Below are positions 38,954-49,874 of a stretch of 64,000 bases of DNA, in pieces. The notes beneath the pieces are model-generated. The model was not told the DNA's origin and did no database searches. It saw only the letters and a list, made by a program, of their open reading frames with translations. The stretch lies in NCBI GenBank assembly GCA_029932585.1, contig JAOZPU010000001.1:630-64629 (forward strand), written 5' to 3'. The stretch's first letter is position 1. The number at the start of each line of letters is the position of its first letter. The DNA is from Spirochaetia bacterium. GTDB lineage: Bacteria > Spirochaetota > Spirochaetia > B11-G9. A program made the position numbers and the translations under genes.

Positions 38954-39730
38954 TTAATCTAAAGTTGTCAGTATTTCTGTATGATCTTCAAAAACCGCAA
39001 CAGTATGCTCCCAATGTGCAGATAATTTTTTATCCATTGTTAAAACAGTCCATTCATCATCAAGAACCCTTACATCATCTACACCTAAGTTTATCATGGG
39101 TTCAATTGCTAAAACCATCCCTTTTTTTATTCTAGGATTAGCACCTGAACTAACATAGTTCGGGACCTGAGGTGATTCATGAGGACTAAAGCCTACTCCA
39201 TGACCGCAAAAATCTCTTACAACACCATAATTATATTTTTTAGCATGGTTGTATACAGCTCTTGAAATATCATGAATACGATTACCTTTAGTTGCCTGTT
39301 CAATTCCTAAATAAAGAGACTCTTTTGTAACTCTTATTAAATCTTCTGCTTCTTTAGTAATTTTACCAACAGGGAGAGTAACAGCTGCATCACTGAAAAA
39401 ACCTTTATAGTTAATACCAAGGTCGAGACTAATAATATCACCCTCTTTAAGTTTCCTTTTTGAAGGAATGCCATGAATAACAACTTCATTTAATGAAGTG
39501 CATAAAGTTGCAGGATAATCCATGTATCCTAAAAAAGCAGGGATACCACCTCTTTTCTTTATGTAATTACGAGCAAATTTATCTAATTCAAATGTTGTAA
39601 TTCCTACATCAATTAGTTTTGAAAGTTCAATATGTGTTTCTGCAAGAAATTTACATGATTCTCTAATTCCATCAATTTCATTTACAGATTTTAATTTTAT
39701 CATAAGGGCTCCAAATATTTTAGTTATCAA
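38954..39730 (-). CDS. map: Methionine aminopeptidase type I.
   Basis: 258 aa with the pita-bread-fold metal ligands (D..D...H...E...E pattern) and FCGHGVG. Confidence 0.9.
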   Translation of the reverse strand: MITKIFGALMIKLKSVNEIDGIRESCKFLAETHIELSKLIDVGITTFELDKFARNYIKKRGGIPAFLGYMDYPATLCTSLNEVVIHGIPSKRKLKEGDIISLDLGINYKGFFSDAAVTLPVGKITKEAEDLIRVTKESLYLGIEQATKGNRIHDISRAVYNHAKKYNYGVVRDFCGHGVGFSPHESPQVPNYVSSGANPRIKKGMVLAIEPMINLGVDDVRVLDDEWTVLTMDKKLSAHWEHTVAVFEDHTEILTTLD

Positions 39731-39742
39731 AATAAATTATCA

Positions 39743-41332
39743 CTAATTTCTACTTGATTCAAGTTTTTTTAACAAAAGATTAGCTTTTAGATTGTGAGGG
39801 TCCATATCTAAAGCAATATTTATCTCTCTATAAGCAGAATTATAGTTTTTCATATTATACATTAACTCTGCTAAAGTTGTTCGTATTATTGATTTTGTTT
39901 CAAGATACATGGTATTATCTAACAAATTTTCTGCATTTTGATAATATTGAATAGCATTCTGGTACTGGTTAGTATATTCAAACAAAACACCCATATTATA
40001 CAGATATTCCCATTTACCTTCTAATACATATGCAGATTGGAGTAAATCTATAGATTTATTATAGTCTTCCTGACTGCAAGCAACTATGGCTTTAAAAAAC
40101 AAGACCCAACTATAATTATTTTTCTCTATTTGAAGGAAATTATCTAAATTATTAAATTTACCATTTTCAAACATCTTCCATGACAGATATTTGGCTGCAT
40201 TCATATCTTCCGGATTTAAATTTACAAAATTTCTTACATTATTAATAAAATTTTCAGGATTTTCTGTTCCTTTTAACTCTTTAAGAATAATTTCAATTTC
40301 TTTATCATTAGTATTATTTAATAAATAATTCTCTAATAAAGAAATTGAACTCTCCACTCTATTGTTTTCTTCAAGGTATTTTGCAATAATAAATAATAAG
40401 TTTTTGTCATTCTTAAATAATGTAATACTTGAATTTATTACGGAAATTACATCCGGAACATCAATATAATAACTTAAAAGTATTAAATTTATATATGGAT
40501 TAACAGAGTAATTTGGATAAAGATTTAAAAATTGTAAATTTAATTCCAAAGCATGTCTATAGAGATTTTGTTTTAAACTTGTATCAATTCGAAAAAGATT
40601 TAATTCTTCTATTGAAAAATTAAAATCATATTTTAACAACAATTTATCAACTTCTTTATATTTGCTATTATAGTATTTTGTAAATAGTAATAATCTTTTA
40701 AAATCAGTATTACTGTTATTAAGTGAACTCAAAATATAATCTGCTTTTTCATAATCACCTTGTTCTAAATAAATTAAACCAGCATCGATTAGAAAATATT
40801 CATTTAATGTAATTTCAAACAGTTTCTCAAATAATGTTGTACTTTTTTCTTTTAAAACTTTATAAAAAATATTATCATCAGAAATAATGATATCTGAACC
40901 AATAGCTGCCTGTAATTGGAAATTATCAGATATAATATTATTTTTATCTTTCAAAAGAATATTATTTGCTTTTTCAGGATTATTTGATAATAGTAAAGAT
41001 TGAATATAAATTGCAAATATTTGCTCATCTTTTGAATATTTCAAATAAGCTTTTTCTGATAAACTAGATAAATAATTCCAATTTCCAGTACTATATATTC
41101 TTTTTAACAAACGTTTATAATCACTGGAACTATTTACAAGATCTTCACCAGATACTAAGAAGTCTACTATTTCTAATGATGAATATTTATTCCAATTAGA
41201 ATCGATATTTTCAACAAACAGATCAAAATTTTTATCTTTAATTTCTTTAGATTTCAAAACTAAAATAGAAAAAAATAATAGTACTATAATTGCAGTTACA
41301 GATATTATAACTATTTTAGTTTTAAGGTTCAT
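39743..41332 (-). CDS. TPR-repeat protein with an N-terminal TM anchor.
   Basis: 529 aa with an N-terminal hydrophobic helix and multiple TPR-like Y/N-rich repeats. Confidence 0.55.
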   Translation of the reverse strand: MNLKTKIVIISVTAIIVLLFFSILVLKSKEIKDKNFDLFVENIDSNWNKYSSLEIVDFLVSGEDLVNSSSDYKRLLKRIYSTGNWNYLSSLSEKAYLKYSKDEQIFAIYIQSLLLSNNPEKANNILLKDKNNIISDNFQLQAAIGSDIIISDDNIFYKVLKEKSTTLFEKLFEITLNEYFLIDAGLIYLEQGDYEKADYILSSLNNSNTDFKRLLLFTKYYNSKYKEVDKLLLKYDFNFSIEELNLFRIDTSLKQNLYRHALELNLQFLNLYPNYSVNPYINLILLSYYIDVPDVISVINSSITLFKNDKNLLFIIAKYLEENNRVESSISLLENYLLNNTNDKEIEIILKELKGTENPENFINNVRNFVNLNPEDMNAAKYLSWKMFENGKFNNLDNFLQIEKNNYSWVLFFKAIVACSQEDYNKSIDLLQSAYVLEGKWEYLYNMGVLFEYTNQYQNAIQYYQNAENLLDNTMYLETKSIIRTTLAELMYNMKNYNSAYREINIALDMDPHNLKANLLLKKLESSRN

Positions 41333-41748
41333 ACCTCTTTTGATTTTTTGATTCCATCTAATATACCATTGATAAAACGATAGGCCTCATCACTTCCGTA
41401 ATCTTTTGCAATATCAATTGCTTCGTTTATTGTTACTGTTGATGGTATCTCTTTTTGATAAAGAAGTGAGTAAACACTTAATCTTAAAATAGCTAATTCA
41501 ACTTTAACAATTCTATCAAAATCCCAATTTTTAAGTTGTTTTTTTATGGAGCTATCAATATTTTGTAAATTTTCTATCGTTCCTACTACTAATAATTTTG
41601 CAAAATTAATTGTTTCATTATCAAAATTTTCGAGTTTTGTCTCATCCATCCAATTAAACTTAATTAATTCTTCAGTACTGTTATTATTAAAATCTTTACT
41701 AAACAACGTCTGGAATGCCAGAATACGCCCTTTCCTTCTTGAACTCAT
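41329..41748 (-). CDS. nusB: Transcription antitermination factor NusB.
   Basis: 139 aa with the typical NusB N-terminus (RRKGR.LAFQ.LF) and ...RFINGILD. It overlaps the downstream TPR gene by 4 nt. Confidence 0.8.
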   Translation of the reverse strand: MSSRRKGRILAFQTLFSKDFNNNSTEELIKFNWMDETKLENFDNETINFAKLLVVGTIENLQNIDSSIKKQLKNWDFDRIVKVELAILRLSVYSLLYQKEIPSTVTINEAIDIAKDYGSDEAYRFINGILDGIKKSKEV

Positions 41749-41758
41749 ATTATTCCTG

Positions 41759-42799
41759 TTAAAAATATATTATTTCTGCTTGTTCCCTTAAATCAGAATT
41801 TATTTCCTGTAATGCAAGTGATAAGACTTTTTGCTGATTTTCCTGAAGTATTCCATCTTTTATATAATCTTTTACTAACAAAGGATTATCCGGAGTTATC
41901 TGATCATCAAGAGTTAGAAGTTTAGGCTCTATTTTTTCGGTAATTTTTACAACATGATATCCTGAATTTGATTCCAAAACTTCAGATATAGCATTTAAAT
42001 CTAATTTAAATAACTTATTAAAAAAATCGTCACCAAGTTGTAGTTTTAGATTTCTATTATCTCTGCCAATATATCCGATATCTCCTCCTCTATACTTAAT
42101 ACTTTCTTCTTCAGAATAGGTTAGGACTGCATCATCAAAACTAATAGATCCGTTTTTTAATTCTAAATAAGCTTTTTCCAATTTTTTCTTTGCAAGATCA
42201 CTTTCTTCAACATTCTTGTTTAACACAGGAATAAAGATCATACTAACACGAACATATTCAGGATTAAAAAAATATTGCAGATTCTCATTATATTTATTTT
42301 CTATTTCATTTTTTCCAGGAACTTTAATGTTTTCAAATAAAGATTTCTTGTTTTGAGTAATATAGGTTTGTTGAAGCAGCTGCTCTTTAATTCCAGATAA
42401 ATACAACTCCCAGGTAGAAGCTGTTTGTCTAATTATCAATTGTTTAAATTGTTCATCTGAAATTTTTTGACCTAATTGTCCTTCGGCACTTTTCTTTTGA
42501 GCCTGAATTACTCTATTTATATCAATATCTGAGATACTTAATCCTGATTTTTCAGCAGCTTGCGCAATTAGTATAGAAGATATAATAGATTCTAACATAT
42601 CCGTTCTGGAAATATTTTGGATTGGCATACCACTATTAAGTAATTGCTTGTTATACTGTTCAATTTTTTGATCTATGTCAAAGGATGATACAAGTTCAGG
42701 TCTAATAAGATTTACGGAAGCTAAAGGCTTACTTAATATATCTGCATATACAACTGTACTGATTAATAGAGATAACAATAACATTATTATTTTTTTCAT
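41759..42799 (-). CDS. SurA-like periplasmic chaperone / PpiC-type peptidyl-prolyl isomerase.
   Basis: 346 aa with a signal peptide and a SurA-N-like region. The C-terminal parvulin domain reads GGDIGYIGRDN...SGYHVVKI. Confidence 0.7.
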   Translation of the reverse strand: MKKIIMLLLSLLISTVVYADILSKPLASVNLIRPELVSSFDIDQKIEQYNKQLLNSGMPIQNISRTDMLESIISSILIAQAAEKSGLSISDIDINRVIQAQKKSAEGQLGQKISDEQFKQLIIRQTASTWELYLSGIKEQLLQQTYITQNKKSLFENIKVPGKNEIENKYNENLQYFFNPEYVRVSMIFIPVLNKNVEESDLAKKKLEKAYLELKNGSISFDDAVLTYSEEESIKYRGGDIGYIGRDNRNLKLQLGDDFFNKLFKLDLNAISEVLESNSGYHVVKITEKIEPKLLTLDDQITPDNPLLVKDYIKDGILQENQQKVLSLALQEINSDLREQAEIIYF

Positions 42800-42825
42800 A
42801 TAATACTCCAGAGATACCTAATAAA

Positions 42826-43239
42826 TCAGGATATATGCAATCGTTTACCAATACTAACCGCTTCATCCCTATTTGAAATAATATCAGATTTTTTTAAATA
42901 AAGACCCTCGTGTTCCATAGAATACATAAGTTTACTCAAGTTTTTTTGTGGTCTTAAAGTAGTTTTTGAAGTAAACGCATACGAACGTTTACCTTTTAAC
43001 AAGCCCGAATTACTAAGAAAAACTGAAGTTTTGGAAGGAATTGTACCCCCCAAAAAATTTATTCCATCCACACCTACAACAATATAATTATATACTGTTA
43101 ACTTCGAGTTTTGATCCAGGTTGCCATTTATAATGTCAACCTGGTGTCCCTGCATTTGGATTCCCTCAGATAGTGATTTAGAAATATTTTCAAGTTTATT
43201 ATTTTTTTTACCCGAAAAGAAAACTATTCCTACTCTCAT
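42826..43239 (-). CDS. Hypothetical protein (137 aa), possibly with a flavodoxin-like fold.
   Basis: It starts MRVGIVFFSGKKN, like alpha/beta folds. No firm motif. Confidence 0.4.
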   Translation of the reverse strand: MRVGIVFFSGKKNNKLENISKSLSEGIQMQGHQVDIINGNLDQNSKLTVYNYIVVGVDGINFLGGTIPSKTSVFLSNSGLLKGKRSYAFTSKTTLRPQKNLSKLMYSMEHEGLYLKKSDIISNRDEAVSIGKRLHIS

Positions 43240-43255
43240 AAAAACCTCTGGTGGA

Positions 43256-43594
43256 TTATTGTGCTGAGCTGGATTCTTCAGAACTAACCGTAGAATTCCA
43301 CCATTCAGAAGTATTATCTACAACTTCTTCCCGGGCTACTCCCAAAACATCACCTGATGTTATGGTTCTATTAACCCAGGCATTCCCTAAAGAACTTAAA
43401 ATGAATATTGCTCCAATAATTGATGTAGCTTTTGTTAAAATATTACCAGATCTTGAACCAAAAGCAGCACCACTGCCCCCTCCGAAGATTCCACCCAGTC
43501 CATCACCCTGATCATCCTGCATCATAACAATTATGATAAGCAAAATTGCACTGATAACGAATATTACTAAAAGTAATGTTCCTAAAATTGCCAT
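43256..43594 (-). CDS. secG: Preprotein translocase subunit SecG, with a C-terminal extension.
   Basis: Two TM helices flank the conserved Gly-rich loop (GGIFGGGSGAAFGSRSGN). 112 aa, with a tail of about 35 aa that is not typical for SecG. Confidence 0.8.
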   Translation of the reverse strand: MAILGTLLLVIFVISAILLIIIVMMQDDQGDGLGGIFGGGSGAAFGSRSGNILTKATSIIGAIFILSSLGNAWVNRTITSGDVLGVAREEVVDNTSEWWNSTVSSEESSSAQ

Positions 43595-43617
43595 TAATTT
43601 TTCTCCACTGACTATAT

Positions 43618-44367
43618 CTATTTATTATATTCCATTATTGGAATAAAAGTTTCTGCTTTAAGTGCAGCTCCACCAACTAATGCTCCATCAATATTAGCTT
43701 TACCCATTAATTCTTTTACATTTGAAGGCTTAACAGAACCTCCATATTGAATAATTAATTGATCAGCTGTCTCTTTACTATATAATTCTTCGATTTCTTT
43801 TCTTATTACACTATGTATATCATCTGCATCTTCAGGACTAGCTGTTTTACCTGTGCCAATAGCCCAAACAGGTTCATATGCTATAGTTATTGATTCCATT
43901 TGTTTTTCGGATATATCTTTTAATCCTTTTAAAACCTGGTCTCTAACAATTTTTTCAGCAGCACCAGCTTCTCTCTCTTCTAAAGTTTCTCCAACACAAA
44001 AAATAACTTCCAGACTATGCTTTAAAGCTAAATGTATTTTTGTATTAACTATTTCGTTAGTTTCACCATAGATTGATCGCCTTTCTGAATGTCCTAATAT
44101 AACAGCCTGGACGCCCAAATCTTTTAGCATAAGTGGAGATATTTCTCCAGTATGAGCTCCAGACTCTGCAGTTGACATATTCTGAGCACCTAAAATAAGC
44201 TCAGTCCCTTTAACTGCATTTGAAACAGTTTCTAACAAAGTAAAAGGAGGTGCTACAAGTACTTTATTTTTAAAACTACCATTTTCCAAAAGTTCTTTGA
44301 CAAGTGAAAGAGCTTCAGATCTTGTATAATTCATTTTCCAGTTTCCGGCCATATATGATCTACGCAT
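43618..44367 (-). CDS. tpiA: Triosephosphate isomerase.
   Basis: 249 aa with the catalytic motifs (AYEPVWAIGTG, GGS.K). Confidence 0.95.
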   Translation of the reverse strand: MRRSYMAGNWKMNYTRSEALSLVKELLENGSFKNKVLVAPPFTLLETVSNAVKGTELILGAQNMSTAESGAHTGEISPLMLKDLGVQAVILGHSERRSIYGETNEIVNTKIHLALKHSLEVIFCVGETLEEREAGAAEKIVRDQVLKGLKDISEKQMESITIAYEPVWAIGTGKTASPEDADDIHSVIRKEIEELYSKETADQLIIQYGGSVKPSNVKELMGKANIDGALVGGAALKAETFIPIMEYNK

Positions 44368-44420
44368 TTAATTCTCCTTTGATTGAAAAAACAAGCAACA
44401 ACAAAGTTACTAACTATATA

Positions 44421-45599
44421 CTATTTTAAAGCAGCTATACCAGGTAGAATTTTACCTTCCAGATATTCAAGTGAGGCTCCACCACCTGTAGAAACATGAT
44501 CAATTCTATCAGCAAAACCAAACTTATTGACTGCAGCAACAGAATCGCCTCCACCTACAACAGTTGTACCTTTACAGGCAGCAACTAATTCAGCTACTTC
44601 TAAAGTCCCCTTTGCAAAATTGGGGAACTCAAATACACCCAGAGGACCATTCCAAACAAGTGATTTAGCACTTGTGATTACTTTTGTATAAGATTTTAAA
44701 GTATTAACACCAACATCCATACCAATCAAACCTTCTGGTATATTCTCATTATCAACAACAATAGCTTCTGCATTCTCAGAAAATTCCAATGCTGCTAAGT
44801 GATCAACAGGTAAAAGTAAGTTTACACCTTTTTCTTCTGCACTTTTCATTAAACTTTTTGCTGTATCAATGAAATCTTCTTCAATTAAAGAATTTCCAAT
44901 ATTAAAACCTTTAGCTTTTAAAAATGTATACGCCATTCCACCACCAATTATTAAAGTGGTGCAATTTTTCAATAATGATTCAAGAACACTAATTTTTGAA
45001 GAAACTTTCGCACCACCTATAATAGCAACAAAGGGTTTTTCTGGATTTGTTACAAGAGGTTCAAAAAAGTTTACTTCTTTCTCTATAAGAAACCCACCTG
45101 CAGATGGTAGAAAATGAGAAACACCTTCTGTTGACGCATGCGCCCTATGTGCAGTACCAAAAGCATCATTTATATATATATCACCATTTAAAGACAATTT
45201 TTTGGCAAAGTCAGTATCATTTGCTGTTTCTTCTTTATGAAATCTTAAATTTTCTAAAAGAAGAACTTCACCGGCTTTAAGTGATTTAATTTGAGAATCA
45301 ACACCTGGGCCAATGCAATCATCTGCCATTATAACATCTCGTTTAAGAAGTTCTGACAATCTGTCTTTAACATGAGTAAGGGAATATTCTTTATCCACCT
45401 TACCCTTAGGTCTCCCAAGATGGCTCATCACAACAAGTGATGCACCATCCTGTTCAAGTATATAATTTAAAGTTTTCAACGCTGCTTTTATACGTGTATC
45501 ATCTGTTATAACCCCATCTTTAAGGGGAACGTTAAAATCTACACGAACAAGAGATCTTTTATTTTTCAGATCAAGATCTTTGACAGTTCTAATTTTCAT
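44421..45599 (-). CDS. pgk: Phosphoglycerate kinase.
   Basis: 392 aa with the N-terminal RVDFNVP motif and hinge and C-terminal motifs. Confidence 0.95.
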   Translation of the reverse strand: MKIRTVKDLDLKNKRSLVRVDFNVPLKDGVITDDTRIKAALKTLNYILEQDGASLVVMSHLGRPKGKVDKEYSLTHVKDRLSELLKRDVIMADDCIGPGVDSQIKSLKAGEVLLLENLRFHKEETANDTDFAKKLSLNGDIYINDAFGTAHRAHASTEGVSHFLPSAGGFLIEKEVNFFEPLVTNPEKPFVAIIGGAKVSSKISVLESLLKNCTTLIIGGGMAYTFLKAKGFNIGNSLIEEDFIDTAKSLMKSAEEKGVNLLLPVDHLAALEFSENAEAIVVDNENIPEGLIGMDVGVNTLKSYTKVITSAKSLVWNGPLGVFEFPNFAKGTLEVAELVAACKGTTVVGGGDSVAAVNKFGFADRIDHVSTGGGASLEYLEGKILPGIAALK

Positions 45600-45609
45600 A
45601 GTTAAATAC

Positions 45610-46614
45610 CTATTTTGAAATTTTAACTGCTAAATCCACAACTCTATTGGAATATCCCCATTCATTATCATACCATGATAAAACTTTAAAGAAACCTTTT
45701 CCTATTTTCATTGTAGATAATGAATCAAAAATTGATGAATGAGGATTTTGTACTATATCAATAGACACAATTGGATCCTCTGTATATTCCAAATAGCCCT
45801 TCATAGGTCCGTCAGCTGCTGCTTTTACTGCCGCATTGAGTTCTTCTACGCTTGGATCTTTTTCAAGTCTTACTGTAAGGTCAACTAATGAACCAGTAGG
45901 AGTAGGTACTCTCAAAGCCATTCCATTCAGTTTACCATTAAGTTCAGGTATAACAAGACCAACTGCTGCTGCTGCACCTGTTGTTGTTGGTATAATAGAA
46001 ACTGCACCAGCACGAGCTCTACGAAGATCGCTATGTGGTGAATCATGCAAACTTTGGTCACTTGTATAAGCATGTACAGTAGTCATAAGTCCTTCTACAA
46101 TTCCAAAGTTATCCTGAAGTACCTTTGCAATAGGAGCAAGACAATTTGTAGTACATGAAGCATTGGATACTGCTACATCAGCTGCATTATAAGAATCATC
46201 ATTAACACCAAGAACAATAGTTCTATCTACCTGGTCTTTTGCAGGAACTGATAAAATTACTTTTTTTGCACCTGCAGTAATATGATCTTTATATCCACCC
46301 TTAGGGCCGGTTGCAGTTCTGAAAATACCAGTAGATTCAACAGCTACATCAACTCCAAGTTCTTTCCATGGTAATTTTTTTGGATCTCGTTCTGCAAAAA
46401 CCTTGATTTCCTTTCCACCAACTATGATAGAGTTCTCTCGTACTTCTACAGTATGTTTTAGAACTCCATAATTTGAATCATATTTTAAAAGGTGTGCCAG
46501 AGTCTTTGGATCTGTAATGTCATTTATTGCAACAATATCTATACCATCTCTTTCGAAAGCCACCTTAAAAACACTTCTACCAATTCTGCCAAAACCATTA
46601 ATCGCTATTTTCAT
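45610..46614 (-). CDS. gap: Glyceraldehyde-3-phosphate dehydrogenase.
   Basis: The ORF extends to 46629, but the likely start is [13 protein letters not shown]. It has the catalytic SCTTNCL motif. Confidence 0.95.
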   Translation of the reverse strand: MKIAINGFGRIGRSVFKVAFERDGIDIVAINDITDPKTLAHLLKYDSNYGVLKHTVEVRENSIIVGGKEIKVFAERDPKKLPWKELGVDVAVESTGIFRTATGPKGGYKDHITAGAKKVILSVPAKDQVDRTIVLGVNDDSYNAADVAVSNASCTTNCLAPIAKVLQDNFGIVEGLMTTVHAYTSDQSLHDSPHSDLRRARAGAVSIIPTTTGAAAAVGLVIPELNGKLNGMALRVPTPTGSLVDLTVRLEKDPSVEELNAAVKAAADGPMKGYLEYTEDPIVSIDIVQNPHSSIFDSLSTMKIGKGFFKVLSWYDNEWGYSNRVVDLAVKISK

Positions 46615-46681
46615 ATTTCCTCCATGCACTATTAAACATTTAAATGTAATATATGCTGAAATTCAGCTAAATGTCAACAAA

Positions 46682-48661
46682 TTAAGGGATGCTGATTATT
46701 GAATTGTATATATCTATGGGTACTGACTGTACTATTTCAGAAATATCCGGATTAGAACTTTCCATAGATTCAGTTTTTTTAATAAGTGAATCCCCTGGAT
46801 TTATAAGATCAAAAAAACTATATTTAGTAAGAATCCCTTCAGAGACAAGATCATCCGTTTTAGTTATTTCTACTTCACCGAGAAGCAAAGCAGGGTCAAA
46901 ATTTAAACCAATTTTTTCTTTTTTCAAACTAAGATCTTCTGATCTTATTATATAAAAAATATCACCAACAGTTGTTCCTTGGATATTACCTGTATTTAAT
47001 AAAATTTTATCAAATTTTCTTTCTAAAATATTACCTTTTACAGGAAGGCTTTCACTAATAATACGAGAAATTTTTTGAATAGATGTAATAATTTTTTGAT
47101 TACCTGTTTTAAATACTGGTATTGTTAAAAGAACAGAGCCTGTTATTGAGTGATAAATTTTTACGGAAACAGAAAAAGATCGTTTTGTATCAAGAAAATC
47201 AAATATTAAAAAATAGTCACTACCGGATTCTCTTGAAATTTTGTAAGCATTATTAAAATTAGTGGGATCAGGATTAAAAGTTGCTTCAATATTTTCATAA
47301 CCATGCAATGAATGTAAAAAATAGCTCCCTAAATGAACTCCTTCATTATATGTATTTAAAGGAACACTGGTTTTGCTGATAAATAATTGTAAATTAAACC
47401 TGGGTACATTCTGAATAAATTGATCTATTCCCCAATTGCCCGAAACTGTATCAAGGACAATGCTATTATAAATTTCTACTTTGTCTACCAAATTTATATC
47501 ATTTGGCCTCTCCAGAGATATTTTTTCAAGCAATGATAGATATTTATTAAAAAATCCATTTGCTTTTACTAATTCTGCATATAAGAGTTGACCATCAATT
47601 GAATGAGGATCAAGTTGTAATCCTCTTCGAAACTCACTTCTTGCCTGAACAGAATAATTTTTATTTATTAAATCTATACCATTTTTGAAATGTAGCATTG
47701 CATATTTCTTCCGAACAGGATCATCTATAGGTTTGAATTTAATTAAAGTATTTTCGAGAGCTATAAGAGAAAGTTCATTTTGAGATCCATAACTTAAAGA
47801 AGTAGCATAGCAAAATATAGATTTATCTATTTTACCTAATTTTGAATACACCTCACCCAAAAGATACCATATTTCTGGATCATCTCTATTAGTTTCAAGA
47901 AAAGTTTCAATGAGTTCAATAGCAGTTTCATAATTTTCAAGGGTAATATGTATCAGGCTCAAAAGATAGATGGTATCTTTATTATTAAAATCTAAATTAT
48001 AAGATCGCTTTGCATAAAGTAAAGATGCATAAAAATTATCTGACTCAAAATAATGTTTACCGGCAATATAATTTACATAAGAATTTTCAGGATAAAGGGC
48101 TAAAATTTGATCTACATAGTTACTGGAAATATCGGTTTTATTAATACTGTCAAATAGAATAATTGATGATATAAGAGCTTTACGATTATCGGGAGATTTT
48201 AGTAAAGCATTTTTATAAAGTTCTATTGCATTTAAAATGTGCCCCTGTGCTACTTCAAGTTCAGCCATACCCAAAATTGCTTCAATATTATTTTTTTGCA
48301 AATCCAATATTTTATTAAAAATCAAACCTGCTTTTAAAAATTCACCTTTACCTGTTAGAATCCTACCCGAAAGTATTCTAGCCTCAATTGAATTTTTATT
48401 TAGAAAAACTGCATTATTTATATGAATATAAGCTTCATCATATTCACCAATAAGAAAGTATGCCCGTGATAGTCCAAGGTGCGTATCAAAAAAAGAATTA
48501 TTTATCTCAATTATATCTTTAAAATATGCAATTGCTTTATATATATCATTCTCTTGTAAAGCAAGCTCAGCGTTCTTCTGCATTTCTATAATTGATAATG
48601 ATTCTGCACTTACAAAAAATGCTATAAAAAATATAATAATAAGAGATATATTTTTTTTCAC
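46682..48661 (-). CDS. Exported TPR-repeat protein.
   Basis: 659 aa with a signal peptide and TPR repeats in the N-terminal half. It overlaps corC by 4 nt. Confidence 0.55.
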   Translation of the reverse strand: MKKNISLIIIFFIAFFVSAESLSIIEMQKNAELALQENDIYKAIAYFKDIIEINNSFFDTHLGLSRAYFLIGEYDEAYIHINNAVFLNKNSIEARILSGRILTGKGEFLKAGLIFNKILDLQKNNIEAILGMAELEVAQGHILNAIELYKNALLKSPDNRKALISSIILFDSINKTDISSNYVDQILALYPENSYVNYIAGKHYFESDNFYASLLYAKRSYNLDFNNKDTIYLLSLIHITLENYETAIELIETFLETNRDDPEIWYLLGEVYSKLGKIDKSIFCYATSLSYGSQNELSLIALENTLIKFKPIDDPVRKKYAMLHFKNGIDLINKNYSVQARSEFRRGLQLDPHSIDGQLLYAELVKANGFFNKYLSLLEKISLERPNDINLVDKVEIYNSIVLDTVSGNWGIDQFIQNVPRFNLQLFISKTSVPLNTYNEGVHLGSYFLHSLHGYENIEATFNPDPTNFNNAYKISRESGSDYFLIFDFLDTKRSFSVSVKIYHSITGSVLLTIPVFKTGNQKIITSIQKISRIISESLPVKGNILERKFDKILLNTGNIQGTTVGDIFYIIRSEDLSLKKEKIGLNFDPALLLGEVEITKTDDLVSEGILTKYSFFDLINPGDSLIKKTESMESSNPDISEIVQSVPIDIYNSIISIP

Positions 48662-49434
48662 TTATCTACCTTTTTAACAATTTTCACTGTTTTAATTTTG
48701 TGTCCATCCATATCCTGAATAATAAAATCTATTGTATTAAAAGATATTTTCTCATATTTTATAGGTATTTTACCAAAGAGATCAAAAACAAATCCACCAA
48801 GAGTATCAAAATCTTCTTCGGGGATATCCAAATCCAGCTCTTCATTTAAATCCTCAATGTCAACTCTCCCATCACATAAATATGAGTGGTCATCAATTTT
48901 AAGAATATCTTCATCTTCATTGTCAAATTCATCCTGAATATCACCTACAATCTCTTCAATTATATCTTCAAGACAAACAATACCTGATACACCCCCATAT
49001 TCATCAACAGAAATAGCAATATGGACATGACGCCGTTTAAACTCTCTTAAGAGTGTATCCAAACGTTTACTTTCAGGTACAAAATAAGGTTTTCGTAAGA
49101 TTTGCTCAATATCAATAGCCTGTCGGTCATTTATATATTTTAAAAGGTCTTTTACATATAACATACCTATTACATTATCAATGGTATCTTCATAAACAGG
49201 AAACCTTGAATGTCCACAATCAATGATTATTTCAAACATTTCAAAAGGTTCTATATCTTTAGAAAGAAAAACAACATCTATACGGGGAACCATAGTTTCC
49301 TTTACAGTTGTATCAGATAATTCAACTATACCTTTAATCATATCCCTTGTGTCATAATCTAATTTATCAAGATTTTTATTATCTTTATCTAAAGGTTTTC
49401 CAAACATTTTATTAATGAAATTCTTCTGACTCAA
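48658..49434 (-). CDS. CBS-pair plus CorC/HlyC transporter-associated domain protein.
   Basis: 258 aa with two CBS domains followed by a CorC_HlyC C-terminal domain. It lacks a membrane DUF21 domain. Confidence 0.75.
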   Translation of the reverse strand: MSQKNFINKMFGKPLDKDNKNLDKLDYDTRDMIKGIVELSDTTVKETMVPRIDVVFLSKDIEPFEMFEIIIDCGHSRFPVYEDTIDNVIGMLYVKDLLKYINDRQAIDIEQILRKPYFVPESKRLDTLLREFKRRHVHIAISVDEYGGVSGIVCLEDIIEEIVGDIQDEFDNEDEDILKIDDHSYLCDGRVDIEDLNEELDLDIPEEDFDTLGGFVFDLFGKIPIKYEKISFNTIDFIIQDMDGHKIKTVKIVKKVDK

Positions 49435-49874
49435 ACTAATACTACTCCTGAAAGATCTTTTACAATATTTTCCTGTAATTGAAGCATCTTCTCCTCTTTT
49501 GAGTTGGTCATATGATCCATTCCTTTTAAGTGCAGAATACCATGAATGACGACTCTTTTCAATTCTTCATTAAAAGAGACATTAAAAGCATTTGAATGCT
49601 CTTTAACAGTTTCTAAAGAAACAACTATGTCCCCGGCATAAATAATATCATCTACAGGGACTAAGTCCTGGGTAAACGACAAAACATCAGTTGCCTCGTT
49701 AATTGATCTGAATTTTTTATTTAAATTTTTTATATATTTATTATTACAAAATAGTAAAGATATCTCCCAATTATTTATTTTTAGCTTTTGTAAAACGGTA
49801 TCACAAAATACAACTATATCATCACTTGTTAACATCTCACCAGAATTAATTATATTAATTTCTACAGTATTCAT
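49431..49874 (-). CDS. ybeY: Endoribonuclease YbeY (rRNA maturation).
   Basis: 147 aa with the HGILHLKGMDH zinc motif (H..LH.....H). Confidence 0.9.
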   Translation of the reverse strand: MNTVEINIINSGEMLTSDDIVVFCDTVLQKLKINNWEISLLFCNNKYIKNLNKKFRSINEATDVLSFTQDLVPVDDIIYAGDIVVSLETVKEHSNAFNVSFNEELKRVVIHGILHLKGMDHMTNSKEEKMLQLQENIVKDLSGVVLV

